Origin: Euryarchaeota archaeon UBA487
Lineage (GTDB): Archaea; Thermoplasmatota; Poseidoniia; Poseidoniales; Thalassarchaeaceae
Reading direction: 5' to 3'
Length of the DNA: 64,000 nucleotides
Assembly (NCBI GenBank): GCA_002505695.1
Contig: DAVU01000014.1
Location: forward strand, 9,432 to 73,431
In this document: positions 18,729 through 28,040 of the stretch, piece by piece
Layout of the letters: each line of letters starts with the position of its first letter
Numbering within the stretch: position 1 is the stretch's first letter
Notes under the pieces: model-generated
Databases searched by the model: none
Told to the model about the DNA's origin: nothing
Seen by the model: the letters and a program-made list of their open reading frames with translations, nothing else
Made by a program: the position numbers and the translations under genes

Positions 18729-20392
18729 TACTATCCTCGTCCGAAGCCGCAGCCATGGCTCCAGAGATGGCGATAATGGTTGGAATACTATTTGCTATCC
18801 TTGTGCCAAATCTCGGAGACGCAAAGGCAAGGATCCCACTCACGAGCTTCAAGTTTCCAATTCTGTGGGGCGGAACTCGATTCGAGATTACCTCCGACCC
18901 CAGAGCTCCAGGAATAATCTCGACAGTATCCCTTGCTGTAGCTTGCATCCTGTCACTCTACGCCATTGAGTCTTCGGACGGTAAGGCAATATCCGGAGTC
19001 ATGGAAATCACAGGTTTCGGCAGATTCATGTCTATGGTTTTCACAGCCGCACTGGCAATAACAGCAGCGGCGTCGATTTACAGGATTCCCTCTACAAAGA
19101 TCACTGTTGATGACGCTAAGGATGCCGATGAGAGAACCACACTCAGCCTGATGGACAACAGAAGGCAAGTCGATTTACACATCCTCCTAATGATGGTAGC
19201 GCTGGGAATGAGCCTAATGGCTCTCTCAACCAATCTATTTTTCCTGATTGTATGTCTGGAGTTGGCATCCATGGCATCATACGTTCTTGTTGGCTTCCAC
19301 AAGGAGAGCAGAATCGGTGGTGAGGCGGGTGCCAAGTACTTCATCGTCGGATCAATCGCCTCTGCGACTGGAATTTACGGCATGTCGCTGTTGTACCTCT
19401 GGGCTGGCAGTTTGGACTTCGCCAGCCTTTCAGCAAGTTGGGCGGCGATGGACACACTCGACCCCCTCGCGGGAATTGGCGTCGGCCTCATGCTGGTGGC
19501 ATTCGGCTTCAAAGTCAGCGCCGCACCCTTCCACCTCGCAGCACCTGATGCCTATTCTGGTACCAACGCACCAATCGCAGGCATGCTCGCCACGGCCTCG
19601 AAGGCCATGGGGTTCGTCGCCATGATGCGGGTCCTTGTTGGGTTCGCAGCCCCCAATGAAGCGGTGACAGCATGGGCACCCGCACTGGGCGTCCTCGCCA
19701 TCATAACGATGACTTGGGGGAATCTCGCCGCTTTGTCCTCTGAAAATCCCAAGCGGATGCTAGCCTACTCCAGTGTGGCGCATGCAGGCTACATGTTGGC
19801 AGCATTGGCTGCGCTAGGCTCCGGACTTGCTGATTCCAATACCCAAGATCTGCTTCAAATGGCCATAGTCTTCCATTTATCGGTCTTGGTTCTGTTCAAG
19901 ATGGGGGCATTCCTCGTACTCACACTACTGGAGATAGAGGGCACAGGAAAATCGATATCAGACATGAATGGATTAGCTCGTAGAGACCCCATCGTTGCAA
20001 GTTCGATGTTCGTATTCATGCTGTCACTGGCTGGAATCCCTCCCCTTTCTGGCTTCCTTTCCAAGTTCCTAATGATCAATGGGTTGGTCACCACCACAAC
20101 TGACACTGGTGCTGTCACAGCCACCAACGCCATGAGCTGGCTGCAATCAGTTGATCCATACTTCCTGTTGGCACTCGCGATCGTCCTGAACAGCGCCCTA
20201 TCCCTGTTCTATTACCTCAGAATCGGCCTACTGATGTTCTTCGAAGAACCAATCACGGATTCTCCACTGCCGAAAGCACCACTGCTCAAAGTGGCCATTC
20301 TGGTCTCCATGGTTTTGACGGTGCTGTTCGGACTCGGCCCAGCGAGTGAGTGGCTCTTGTCTCTCGTAGAGACAGCCATCTCAACATTCTAG
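18725..20392 (+). CDS. nuoN: Complex I-like antiporter subunit N
   Basis: EAGAKYFIVGS, FKVSAAPFHLAAPDAY, KRMLAYSSVAHAGY, GIPPLSGFLSK; ATGA overlap with nuoM. Confidence 0.96.
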   Translation: MILSSSEAAAMAPEMAIMVGILFAILVPNLGDAKARIPLTSFKFPILWGGTRFEITSDPRAPGIISTVSLAVACILSLYAIESSDGKAISGVMEITGFGRFMSMVFTAALAITAAASIYRIPSTKITVDDAKDADERTTLSLMDNRRQVDLHILLMMVALGMSLMALSTNLFFLIVCLELASMASYVLVGFHKESRIGGEAGAKYFIVGSIASATGIYGMSLLYLWAGSLDFASLSASWAAMDTLDPLAGIGVGLMLVAFGFKVSAAPFHLAAPDAYSGTNAPIAGMLATASKAMGFVAMMRVLVGFAAPNEAVTAWAPALGVLAIITMTWGNLAALSSENPKRMLAYSSVAHAGYMLAALAALGSGLADSNTQDLLQMAIVFHLSVLVLFKMGAFLVLTLLEIEGTGKSISDMNGLARRDPIVASSMFVFMLSLAGIPPLSGFLSKFLMINGLVTTTTDTGAVTATNAMSWLQSVDPYFLLALAIVLNSALSLFYYLRIGLLMFFEEPITDSPLPKAPLLKVAILVSMVLTVLFGLGPASEWLLSLVETAISTF

Positions 20393-20440
20393 CACCGACA
20401 GTGGTGGTAGGTTCACATAGGGAACCCCCGACGCAAATGC

Positions 20441-20992
20441 ATGGCACGTCGCGCAGAAAGGGTCGACTCCGAACTCCTTGCACGATTGGAGTCAGGTGGG
20501 AGCGACAAGATCAGGGTTCCCTTACCAAACAGGAAGATCAACGAGATGTTTGCGATAGCTGACCAGATTCTTGGTGGGCGGAGGGTGACGGCCGTCTGCG
20601 AGGATGGAGAATCAAGACTTGCCCGAATTCCTGGGAAGATGCGACGCCGACAATGGGTGCGAGAAGGTGATTTGATAGTCGTTCAACCCTGGGATTTCCA
20701 AGACTCGAAGGCAGATGTCAGAAGTAGATACACAAAGACGCAGTCAATCTACCTCTCAAGGAAAGGGGTGCTGCCGGAGATAGTCGATCTCTTCGGATAC
20801 TCAGACGATGACATAACTGCCATGGATGAGGGCGACATGGAATATGACGACCAACCCACAGAGGAAAGGACGAAGTCCGAGGAACCGTTGGAAATCGATC
20901 AGGACAATGAGCCAGACCAGATTACAGAGGAAGCCACAGATACCATGGTCACCAGAAGAGATGAGGACGACATAGATTCATTCTTCGGTTGA
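20441..20992 (+). CDS. eif1a: Translation initiation factor aIF-1A with acidic C-terminal extension
   Basis: OB-fold signature ILGGRRVTAVCEDGESRLARIPGKMRRRQWVREGDLIVVQPWDFQ; synteny with rio1 and KH genes. Confidence 0.95.
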   Translation: MARRAERVDSELLARLESGGSDKIRVPLPNRKINEMFAIADQILGGRRVTAVCEDGESRLARIPGKMRRRQWVREGDLIVVQPWDFQDSKADVRSRYTKTQSIYLSRKGVLPEIVDLFGYSDDDITAMDEGDMEYDDQPTEERTKSEEPLEIDQDNEPDQITEEATDTMVTRRDEDDIDSFFG

Positions 20993-20999
20993 GTTTTCC

Positions 21000-21857
21000 A
21001 TGGCCATCGACATCATCAGCATCCTAATCCCTGCAGTCTTTGCCGGCCTTGTAGCAATCATATCTACCGTCTTTGTCGAACGTGGTGGTGGTGCTATCGG
21101 GGGAATCATAACCCTGCCGACCACAATCGTCCCTGCCAGCCTAGGTATTTGGTCGGAGGTCGGATCAGAGGAGTCTTTCTCCGCGGCCATGTCAATAGTG
21201 CCGGTTGGCATGCTCCTGAATCTGCTCTTTTTGGGGATATGGAGAAACTCTCCCATGTGGTTTGGTGGCCTGTTGAAGGGAAACACCCTACTCGCCGCCG
21301 TCTCCGTGTTATCAGTGGCCCTGTGGGCCATCTTCGCCGGCATTTCAGCGTCCATAGTGGAAATTACATCAAATTCAATCGATCCTCTAATGATTGCGAT
21401 CACGACAACATCGGCTTCCATTGTTTTGGGATTCGTGGCAGTGAAGTCGAACCCCACAGCACCAGCCGGAAAGAATGCAGTTGGCTGGGGCGTCTTGTTG
21501 GTCAGGGGCACAGCTGCTGGCTTGGCGATTGGGGCCTCAGTGTGGATTGCATCGATGGGTTTGCCATTCATTTCTGGAATAATCTCTGTCTTCCCAGCCA
21601 TATTTCTAACCACTATGGTTTCGCTTTGGCTGTCCCAGGGACCTGAAGTCCCCATCGGAGCTGCTGGACCCATGATGTTGGGATCAGCCTCGGTATCCAT
21701 CTATGCTATCCTCACCATCTTCCTGTTCCCTGTGATGAGCCCTTGGATGGGGGCGATAATTTCATGGTTCATTGTCATAGGTACTTTTACAGCCCCAGTT
21801 GGTTATTGGACATGGCGAACTCTTGATGGAGGAGAAGTGCAGGTGAGTAATGGATGA
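21000..21857 (+). CDS. Multi-pass membrane protein with internal duplication (DUF3147-like)
   Basis: About 8-9 hydrophobic segments; two similar halves (GGIITLPTTIV / SGIISVFPAIF). Confidence 0.75.
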   Translation: MAIDIISILIPAVFAGLVAIISTVFVERGGGAIGGIITLPTTIVPASLGIWSEVGSEESFSAAMSIVPVGMLLNLLFLGIWRNSPMWFGGLLKGNTLLAAVSVLSVALWAIFAGISASIVEITSNSIDPLMIAITTTSASIVLGFVAVKSNPTAPAGKNAVGWGVLLVRGTAAGLAIGASVWIASMGLPFISGIISVFPAIFLTTMVSLWLSQGPEVPIGAAGPMMLGSASVSIYAILTIFLFPVMSPWMGAIISWFIVIGTFTAPVGYWTWRTLDGGEVQVSNG

Positions 21858-22741
21858 GGGAGCCAGAGGACGAAGAGTGGGAGGACAATCCCGGCTACGG
21901 GGATGATTCAGTACCTACACGGCATTGGATGGAGGAACCGAGATACAAGCAACTATTCAATGAAATAGAGGACAAGATATCCGGCGTCCTGGGGAAAGGC
22001 GAATTTGAGTGGTCCGATAGAAGGGTCTTCGATAGCGTCTTTGATCAAAGCACACTCCTAGCACTCCACAAATTGATGGAGGGAGGGGAGATCGATACCC
22101 TCGACTTTCCGATAGCAAGAGGAAAAGAGGCACATGTATTCCATGCTACGAGTTCAACTGGGCCAGTGGCCGTGAAGATATTCCATACTACTAACGCCGT
22201 CTTCAAATCGCTCTCCAAATACATAGACGGAGACCCAAGATTCGGCGGGTTGAAAAGGCGACATAGGGAAATTGTCAACGTATGGGTGAGAAAAGAAGTT
22301 AGGAACCTTCGACGTTGCAGAAGACATGGAATTCCTGCTCCTATGCCTAGAGCCAATTACAAGAACGTCCTCGTGATGGACCTAATCGGAAGCCTGAACG
22401 AACCATCGCCTAGACTCAGAGATGTCACAGTTCCAAATGTAGAGAAAGTGTTCAACGAATTGATAAAAATGATATCCGTCATGTGGCAAAGAGCCACGAT
22501 GGTCCACTCTGATTTCAGCGAATACAACATACTCTGGCATGAGGGTGAACCATGGATTATCGACGTTGGACAGGCCGTCGTCGAGCAACACCCTTCAGCT
22601 AGGGAGTTCCTAGTTCGGGACGTAACGAGAATTGTTGAGTGGGCAAATCGTAATGGCATTAAGGTCGATGTTGCGGAGTCGTTGCTGAGAGTTATCGACG
22701 ATCCAGCTCCAGAATTAGAACCTCTGCCTGGATTGGATTGA
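21854..22741 (+). CDS. rio1: RIO1-family atypical protein kinase/ATPase
   Basis: IARGKEAHVF, AVKIF, VHSDFSEYNIL, IIDVGQAV. Confidence 0.95.
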   Translation: MREPEDEEWEDNPGYGDDSVPTRHWMEEPRYKQLFNEIEDKISGVLGKGEFEWSDRRVFDSVFDQSTLLALHKLMEGGEIDTLDFPIARGKEAHVFHATSSTGPVAVKIFHTTNAVFKSLSKYIDGDPRFGGLKRRHREIVNVWVRKEVRNLRRCRRHGIPAPMPRANYKNVLVMDLIGSLNEPSPRLRDVTVPNVEKVFNELIKMISVMWQRATMVHSDFSEYNILWHEGEPWIIDVGQAVVEQHPSAREFLVRDVTRIVEWANRNGIKVDVAESLLRVIDDPAPELEPLPGLD

Positions 22742-22766
22742 ATAAGGACGTTTAGGAGAAAGGGAC

Positions 22767-23480
22767 ATGGAATCACTCACTAGGATACCCAAGGAACGCA
22801 TTGCAGTTCTTATCGGAAAGGGGGGCGAAACAAGGAAATCAATAGAAGAGGCCTCTGGAGTAAAACTCCACATTGATTCCACCACGGGCGAGGTTTCGGT
22901 GGACTGGCCGACCGACGTCGACCCGGTTTTGAGACTGAAACTTCCGGACATAATCCGCGCCATAGGCAGGGGCCTTGCTCCCAACCGGGCCCTTCGGTTG
23001 ATCGGAGATGATGCTTTCCTGCGCATTTACGACATAAGGGAATGGGTCGGGAGGAAAGGGAACCACACCCGTCGTATGCGCAGTAGACTCATTGGCAGGG
23101 ACGGGAGGATTAGATCTCTGATCGAGAGTTTTACTGGCACGGAGATCGCAATTCATGGATCCACAGTGGTAGTCATTGGGGATGAATTGGGCTTAATGAC
23201 AGCCTGCACCGCCATAGAGGGTCTCTTGGATGGCGCTGAGCACAGCACCGTGATCAGGGGCATGGAAAGGGACGTACGCAGAAGGAGGATCGAAGATAGA
23301 AGCCTGGATAGCTATCAAGTCAAGGATGCCACGACAAACACTGCTACAGAGTTCGAGGATCTGGTGCCAGGATTGGCTGAAATTAGAAACAAAAGGAAGA
23401 ACATCGACACCCAAGAACCCACCGAAGATATCGGGACAACCGAAGCAGAACATGATACGGGTGCGCACTCCGAGGAATGA
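22767..23480 (+). CDS. KH-domain small-subunit rRNA processing protein (Dim2/Pno1/Krr1-like)
   Basis: Two KH GxxG loops (IGKGGETRK, IGRDGRIR), IIRAIGRG; conserved position after rio1. Confidence 0.92.
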   Translation: MESLTRIPKERIAVLIGKGGETRKSIEEASGVKLHIDSTTGEVSVDWPTDVDPVLRLKLPDIIRAIGRGLAPNRALRLIGDDAFLRIYDIREWVGRKGNHTRRMRSRLIGRDGRIRSLIESFTGTEIAIHGSTVVVIGDELGLMTACTAIEGLLDGAEHSTVIRGMERDVRRRRIEDRSLDSYQVKDATTNTATEFEDLVPGLAEIRNKRKNIDTQEPTEDIGTTEAEHDTGAHSEE

Positions 23481-23535
23481 CGGATTATGACTGCCTAAAC
23501 GGAGGTTGATACGACCCCCCGCCTTTTCAGACTCG

Positions 23536-25071
23536 ATGCCGGTTAACGTTGTATGGTTCAAGCGTGACCTCAGGATCAGGGACCATGCGCCCCTGTCCGA
23601 AGCCGCAAAGGGAAGCGATCCGCTGATCCTTTTGTATCTCATAGAACCCGAGAGATTGGCTCAGCCCGATACCGATCCAACGCATATCGAGTGGGAGTTG
23701 GATTGTGCAACTGAACTGGATAAAAATTTGAAGGCCAGGGGAGGATCCCTGCATGTCGTATACTCCAATGTAATTGACTGCCTCTCAAAAATCAACTCCG
23801 AATACCGAATAAACAAAATATTCTCCCATCAAGAAACTGGAACATCTTGGTCCTATGAACGAGATCGTAGGGTCAAGGGGTGGTGCAACAAAGAAGGTGT
23901 GTCCTGGGAGGAATTCCCCACAAATGGCGTCGTTCGGGGGTTGATGGACAGGGACCATTGGAAGGGGTTCAGGGACAAGAGAATGTCGAACCCCCCAATC
24001 CCCCCGCCCGTTTCAATAAGATCGATACCCGCAACAGACAGCAAGCCTACCGTTGATTCTATGGGTTTGACTCCCAGAAAGCTAACTCAACGCCCGAACC
24101 CCGGAGAGAATGCAGCGATCGAAACCCTAGACTCGTTTCTGAATTTGAGAGGCGAACCATACAGATGGCGAATGTCCTCACCCGCGGAGGCGAGCTATCA
24201 CTGCTCAAGGCTATCACCATATTTCAGCACTGGTTGTCTCTCAATCAGAAGTGCCCTCTGGAAGACCAACCAAAGAAAAGCCGCGTTAAAAGACTCGAAG
24301 ATCAGCAACAAAAGCAAATCATCGTGGGCCAAGAGCTTGAGCTCATTTCAGAGTAGATTGGCGTGGCACTGTCATTTCATCCAGAAACTCGAACAAGAAC
24401 CCACATTGGACCTCATTGCGATGAACGTAGATTTAGACTCGCGCATGGAAAGGGAATATGACGAGACTACCTTCCGTGCATGGGCATCAGGTAATACCGG
24501 CTGGCCGTTCTTTGATGCCTGCATGAGACAACTGATTTCCACTGGTTGGATCAACTTCAGGATGAGAGCGATGATTATGTCTGTATCATCATACACCCTC
24601 TGGCTGCCTTGGAGGGATTCCGGCTTACACTTGGCGAGGCTTTTCTTGGACTACGAGCCTGGCATACACTGGTCCCAAGTCGGCATGCAATCTGGAACAA
24701 CTGGAATCAACTCAATCCGAGCCTACTCTGTCCATAAACAGGGATTGGATCACGATCCCTACGGCGATTTCATAAAATCATGGATACCTTCGTTGAAAAA
24801 CGTTCCAACAGAATTCATTCATGAGCCATGGAAGATGCCAGTTAGTGTCCAAAACGAGAGTGGTTGTGTAATAGAAAGAGACTACCCGTCGCCAATGCTG
24901 GATGAGTCAAAATCAAGAAGAGAGGGTGTCAAGAGGGCTTACTCAGCGAGAAGGAGTGCAAAGTCTAGAGAAACGAGCAAGAAGGTATACGAAAAACATG
25001 GAAGTAGGAAGAATCGACGCAGAAGGAAGCCGACAAGGACAGACGACCCGCTACAGACGAAGTTATTCTGA
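23536..25071 (+). CDS. DNA photolyase/cryptochrome family protein
   Basis: VWFKRDLRIRDH, SRLSPYFSTG, GNTGWPFFDACMRQL, GWINFRMRAM, FLDYEPGIHWSQ. ATG 23536 preferred. Confidence 0.93.
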   Translation: MPVNVVWFKRDLRIRDHAPLSEAAKGSDPLILLYLIEPERLAQPDTDPTHIEWELDCATELDKNLKARGGSLHVVYSNVIDCLSKINSEYRINKIFSHQETGTSWSYERDRRVKGWCNKEGVSWEEFPTNGVVRGLMDRDHWKGFRDKRMSNPPIPPPVSIRSIPATDSKPTVDSMGLTPRKLTQRPNPGENAAIETLDSFLNLRGEPYRWRMSSPAEASYHCSRLSPYFSTGCLSIRSALWKTNQRKAALKDSKISNKSKSSWAKSLSSFQSRLAWHCHFIQKLEQEPTLDLIAMNVDLDSRMEREYDETTFRAWASGNTGWPFFDACMRQLISTGWINFRMRAMIMSVSSYTLWLPWRDSGLHLARLFLDYEPGIHWSQVGMQSGTTGINSIRAYSVHKQGLDHDPYGDFIKSWIPSLKNVPTEFIHEPWKMPVSVQNESGCVIERDYPSPMLDESKSRREGVKRAYSARRSAKSRETSKKVYEKHGSRKNRRRRKPTRTDDPLQTKLF

Positions 25072-25112
25072 ATATCCGATCAACTCAATACACCCCGCCG
25101 ACTCCAAGGGCT

Positions 25113-26399
25113 GTGAATCCCTTTGAGTCCCTGTATGAATACGAGAAATGGGCCATTCGGATCTTGATTATCACGTTGCTATTTTTCGGCTTCGGAATTA
25201 CAACGCACTCCACTGGATTTGAAAACCCCATCTCGGAGTTGGTGTTCACTTATTTCCTCGACTCGATATTGAACGAGTCGAGTGGGGACAGCGGATATAA
25301 TTACGTCAATACCGCTGGTTACGGCCTCGGACTCGCACTATTCGTGGTATCTCTGGCAGGGCTTCTTAGGATTGCTGGGATAGACGGGTCCGATGCAATG
25401 CTCGTTGCCCTCATTCCATGGGTATTGTGGGCCCCTTTTGGAGAGGTAATTGAGGATGCTGGCTTGTTTGGAAGTACAATGGCTCCATGGTTCGTAAGCC
25501 CAGGGATCCACTTCCAGACCGCAGCATGGGTCGTCCTATCTGGATTCTTGGGCCACCGTGTTTCTGTGGGTCGTTATGGTGGAACCGTAGATGCGGGCCG
25601 ATCCACACGCCATATATCAGCTATGTTAATCGCCGCTCAGGCCTTAATTTACTGCACAAGCACCCTCGAGAACTCATCAAATGGACTCACCAATACTCTC
25701 GATCGAGAGGTAATGGCGATCATATCCATCTTCGGGATTTCATCACCATACTGGCTAGCGGGATCACATGCAGATAAATTCGATGACACACAGAGGGTCG
25801 TCTACACTTCTGGAGTTGGCGGCTCTATCGTATTATTCTCTATCTTAGCCGCCTACGCCGTTGAAGGGGTCAATGGCAATCTGACTATATGGCCGATAAT
25901 TATCGTCTTTGGCGTTCCATATCTGATCTGTATGGGAATTTTTTCCTATGGGAAAGAAGATGCTAGAAGGTCTTTGGAACTAGGTTTCGTACCGGGAGTC
26001 TTACCTCCCGGAATGACGGAAAGCGACTACCTAACTCTGGATACTCCACAGAAGAAAGAAGTTGAGTCTTTATGGAAGCGGGGAGTCCTCGCCAGCCCTG
26101 CGGTCTTACTCCCAGTTGGCGGCCAAATTGGGGATGGAATCGCGACATGGATAGGAATCGACTACTTTGGATACACGGAGAAGCACGTGATTAGCGCGAT
26201 GGTCACGGGAGTATTAGATACTTCAATCACTTTCACCATTCTCAAAATTGGAATTGCTGGTGTAATTTGTTGGTTTTATTCGCAAGCCGTCTTCGAACAC
26301 CGGCAGCAACATCTCAGAATACTAATCGCTCTCTGTTTGATGGTAGTTGGCCTCGCGCCTGCCTTGAGGAACGTGTTCAGGCTCACACTGGGCGTATGA
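25113..26399 (+). CDS. DUF63-like archaeal multi-pass membrane protein
   Basis: GYNYVNTAGYG near the N-terminus; DGIATWIGIDYFGYTEKHV; LMVVGLAPALRNVFR at the C-terminus. Confidence 0.75.
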   Translation: MNPFESLYEYEKWAIRILIITLLFFGFGITTHSTGFENPISELVFTYFLDSILNESSGDSGYNYVNTAGYGLGLALFVVSLAGLLRIAGIDGSDAMLVALIPWVLWAPFGEVIEDAGLFGSTMAPWFVSPGIHFQTAAWVVLSGFLGHRVSVGRYGGTVDAGRSTRHISAMLIAAQALIYCTSTLENSSNGLTNTLDREVMAIISIFGISSPYWLAGSHADKFDDTQRVVYTSGVGGSIVLFSILAAYAVEGVNGNLTIWPIIIVFGVPYLICMGIFSYGKEDARRSLELGFVPGVLPPGMTESDYLTLDTPQKKEVESLWKRGVLASPAVLLPVGGQIGDGIATWIGIDYFGYTEKHVISAMVTGVLDTSITFTILKIGIAGVICWFYSQAVFEHRQQHLRILIALCLMVVGLAPALRNVFRLTLGV

Positions 26400-26441
26400 T
26401 CTCATTCAAACATTCAAACGATACCTCTCACTCGATCTGCC

Positions 26442-27701
26442 ATGTACGATTACCCCGATGAGGATTTGCCGTTTGATACTCAGATGCTGGACCGTCTCGC
26501 AGAGGTTTCGATCCGAGTTGGATTGAATCTACAAAAGGGTCAAAATCTGATAATCACGGCTCCGGTAGAATCCCTCCCGCTTGTTAGGAGGCTCTCTGCG
26601 GAGGCATACAAAAGCGGTGCTGGGGTAGTATCCACATTACTCTCAGACGACCTCTTGTCACTGACTAGGTATGAGCATGCATCTGATGAGAGCTTGGATT
26701 CCGCACCATCTTGGATGTTCAATGGAATGGCTGAAGCTTTCGACAACAATACGGCGAGGCTGGCCGTCTCCGCAGCAAACCCGTTATTATTGAATGGTCA
26801 GGATCCAGTTCGCGTCGCAAGAGCCGGGAAATCGATGTCTTTAGCTTCAAAACCCGCGATGGAAAGAATCACAAATTTCGTGACAAACTGGAACATAATT
26901 TCTTACCCAGGTTCCGCATGGGCAAAGCAAGTCTTCCCTGACCTTGAAGAAAGAGACGCCATCGCTTCCTTGGCACAAGCTATTTTTTCGATCTCAAGAG
27001 TGGATAATCCGGATCCGATCGCAGCATGGGAGAAGCATCAACAGACCCTCACAAGTAGGCAAAAATGGCTCAATGAGAAGAATTTCTCTGCTTTGAGGTA
27101 TAGCGGCCCCGGGACGGATCTGACAATAGGTTTGGCAGAGGGACACGAATGGAAGGGAGGTGCTAGCACTTCCAAAAACGGAATAACATGCACACCCAAC
27201 ATCCCTACTGAGGAAGTATTCACCACTCCGCATTCCCATAGAGTCGATGGCTGCGTCAGGGCTACGAAGCCATTGGTCTATCGTGGAACCTTGATTGACG
27301 GCATCGAGGTTGAGTTCGAGAAGGGAAAAATCACAAAAGCAAGGGCTGACAAAGGCGAGGAGGTCTTCCTCAATCTTCTAGACACAGATGAGGGTGCTCG
27401 ACGCTTGGGGGAGGTCGCCCTCGTCCCGCATTCATCTCCAATAAGCGAATCAGGATTGCTATTCTACAATACACTCTATGATGAAAACGCAAGTTGCCAT
27501 ATCGCACTTGGGCAGTGTTACTCCAAGTGTTTCAGGGACCACATAGGGAACAGTCCTGAGAGCGTGAAAGAGGCTGGTGGCAATACATCGAACATACACG
27601 TAGATTGGATGATTGGCTCAGATAAAATGGACATCGACGGAGTCTCCCAGGATGGGACGATCACACCCGTGATGCGAAACGGTGAGTGGGCGTATAATTG
27701 A
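26442..27701 (+). CDS. Thermophilic metalloprotease family M29 aminopeptidase (AmpS/PepS/AmpT-like)
   Basis: NIPTEEVFTTP, LGEVALV, LFYNTLYDENASCHIALG, HVDWMIG. Confidence 0.95.
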   Translation: MYDYPDEDLPFDTQMLDRLAEVSIRVGLNLQKGQNLIITAPVESLPLVRRLSAEAYKSGAGVVSTLLSDDLLSLTRYEHASDESLDSAPSWMFNGMAEAFDNNTARLAVSAANPLLLNGQDPVRVARAGKSMSLASKPAMERITNFVTNWNIISYPGSAWAKQVFPDLEERDAIASLAQAIFSISRVDNPDPIAAWEKHQQTLTSRQKWLNEKNFSALRYSGPGTDLTIGLAEGHEWKGGASTSKNGITCTPNIPTEEVFTTPHSHRVDGCVRATKPLVYRGTLIDGIEVEFEKGKITKARADKGEEVFLNLLDTDEGARRLGEVALVPHSSPISESGLLFYNTLYDENASCHIALGQCYSKCFRDHIGNSPESVKEAGGNTSNIHVDWMIGSDKMDIDGVSQDGTITPVMRNGEWAYN

Positions 27702-27702
27702 G

Positions 27703-27936
27703 TTAGACCCCGCCCATCGATTCCGCGATCATATCACTCATATTTTCATGCTCGTGGTAAGCCCGGTGCCCTGCTATGAAACCTCCAGCATCTCGCTTAG
27801 TCCCAATAAATTCCTCTGTACAGAGGGGGCAAAAGACCCTAACTATCTCAGCCTCGATATAGGTCCCATCCTGCCTCTTTATGGTTATGCATGTCCCGAT
27901 ATCATCCTCCGTGAAGCCATCTTTCTCGTCTGACAT
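27703..27936 (-). CDS. Small protein with C2H2-like zinc-finger motif
   Basis: CPLC-x15-HRAYH preceded by a beta-rich segment; fits exactly between the aminopeptidase stop and the divergent carboxylase promoter region. Confidence 0.7.
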   Translation of the reverse strand: MSDEKDGFTEDDIGTCITIKRQDGTYIEAEIVRVFCPLCTEEFIGTKRDAGGFIAGHRAYHEHENMSDMIAESMGGV

Positions 27937-28040
27937 GACTGCCGCTGTTATCGAAGAGACGTAATCCTTCGGGCTCTCTAACGATTAAGAAATTCGTTAA
28001 GTCGTGGGATTGAAGTCTGGGGCCCTCTAGGGTAGGCCAT

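Noticed and set aside
8453-20392. Group 4 [NiFe]-hydrogenase
   Set aside because: The D subunit lacks the second Cys of both CxxC motifs, no maturation genes are present, and quinone-site His/Tyr are retained.
27937-28040. Possible structured ncRNA or riboswitch (CC-TTCG-GG tetraloop) upstream of the carboxylase operon
   Set aside because: The stem is too short and I could not build a convincing larger fold; the region is adequately explained as a divergent promoter.
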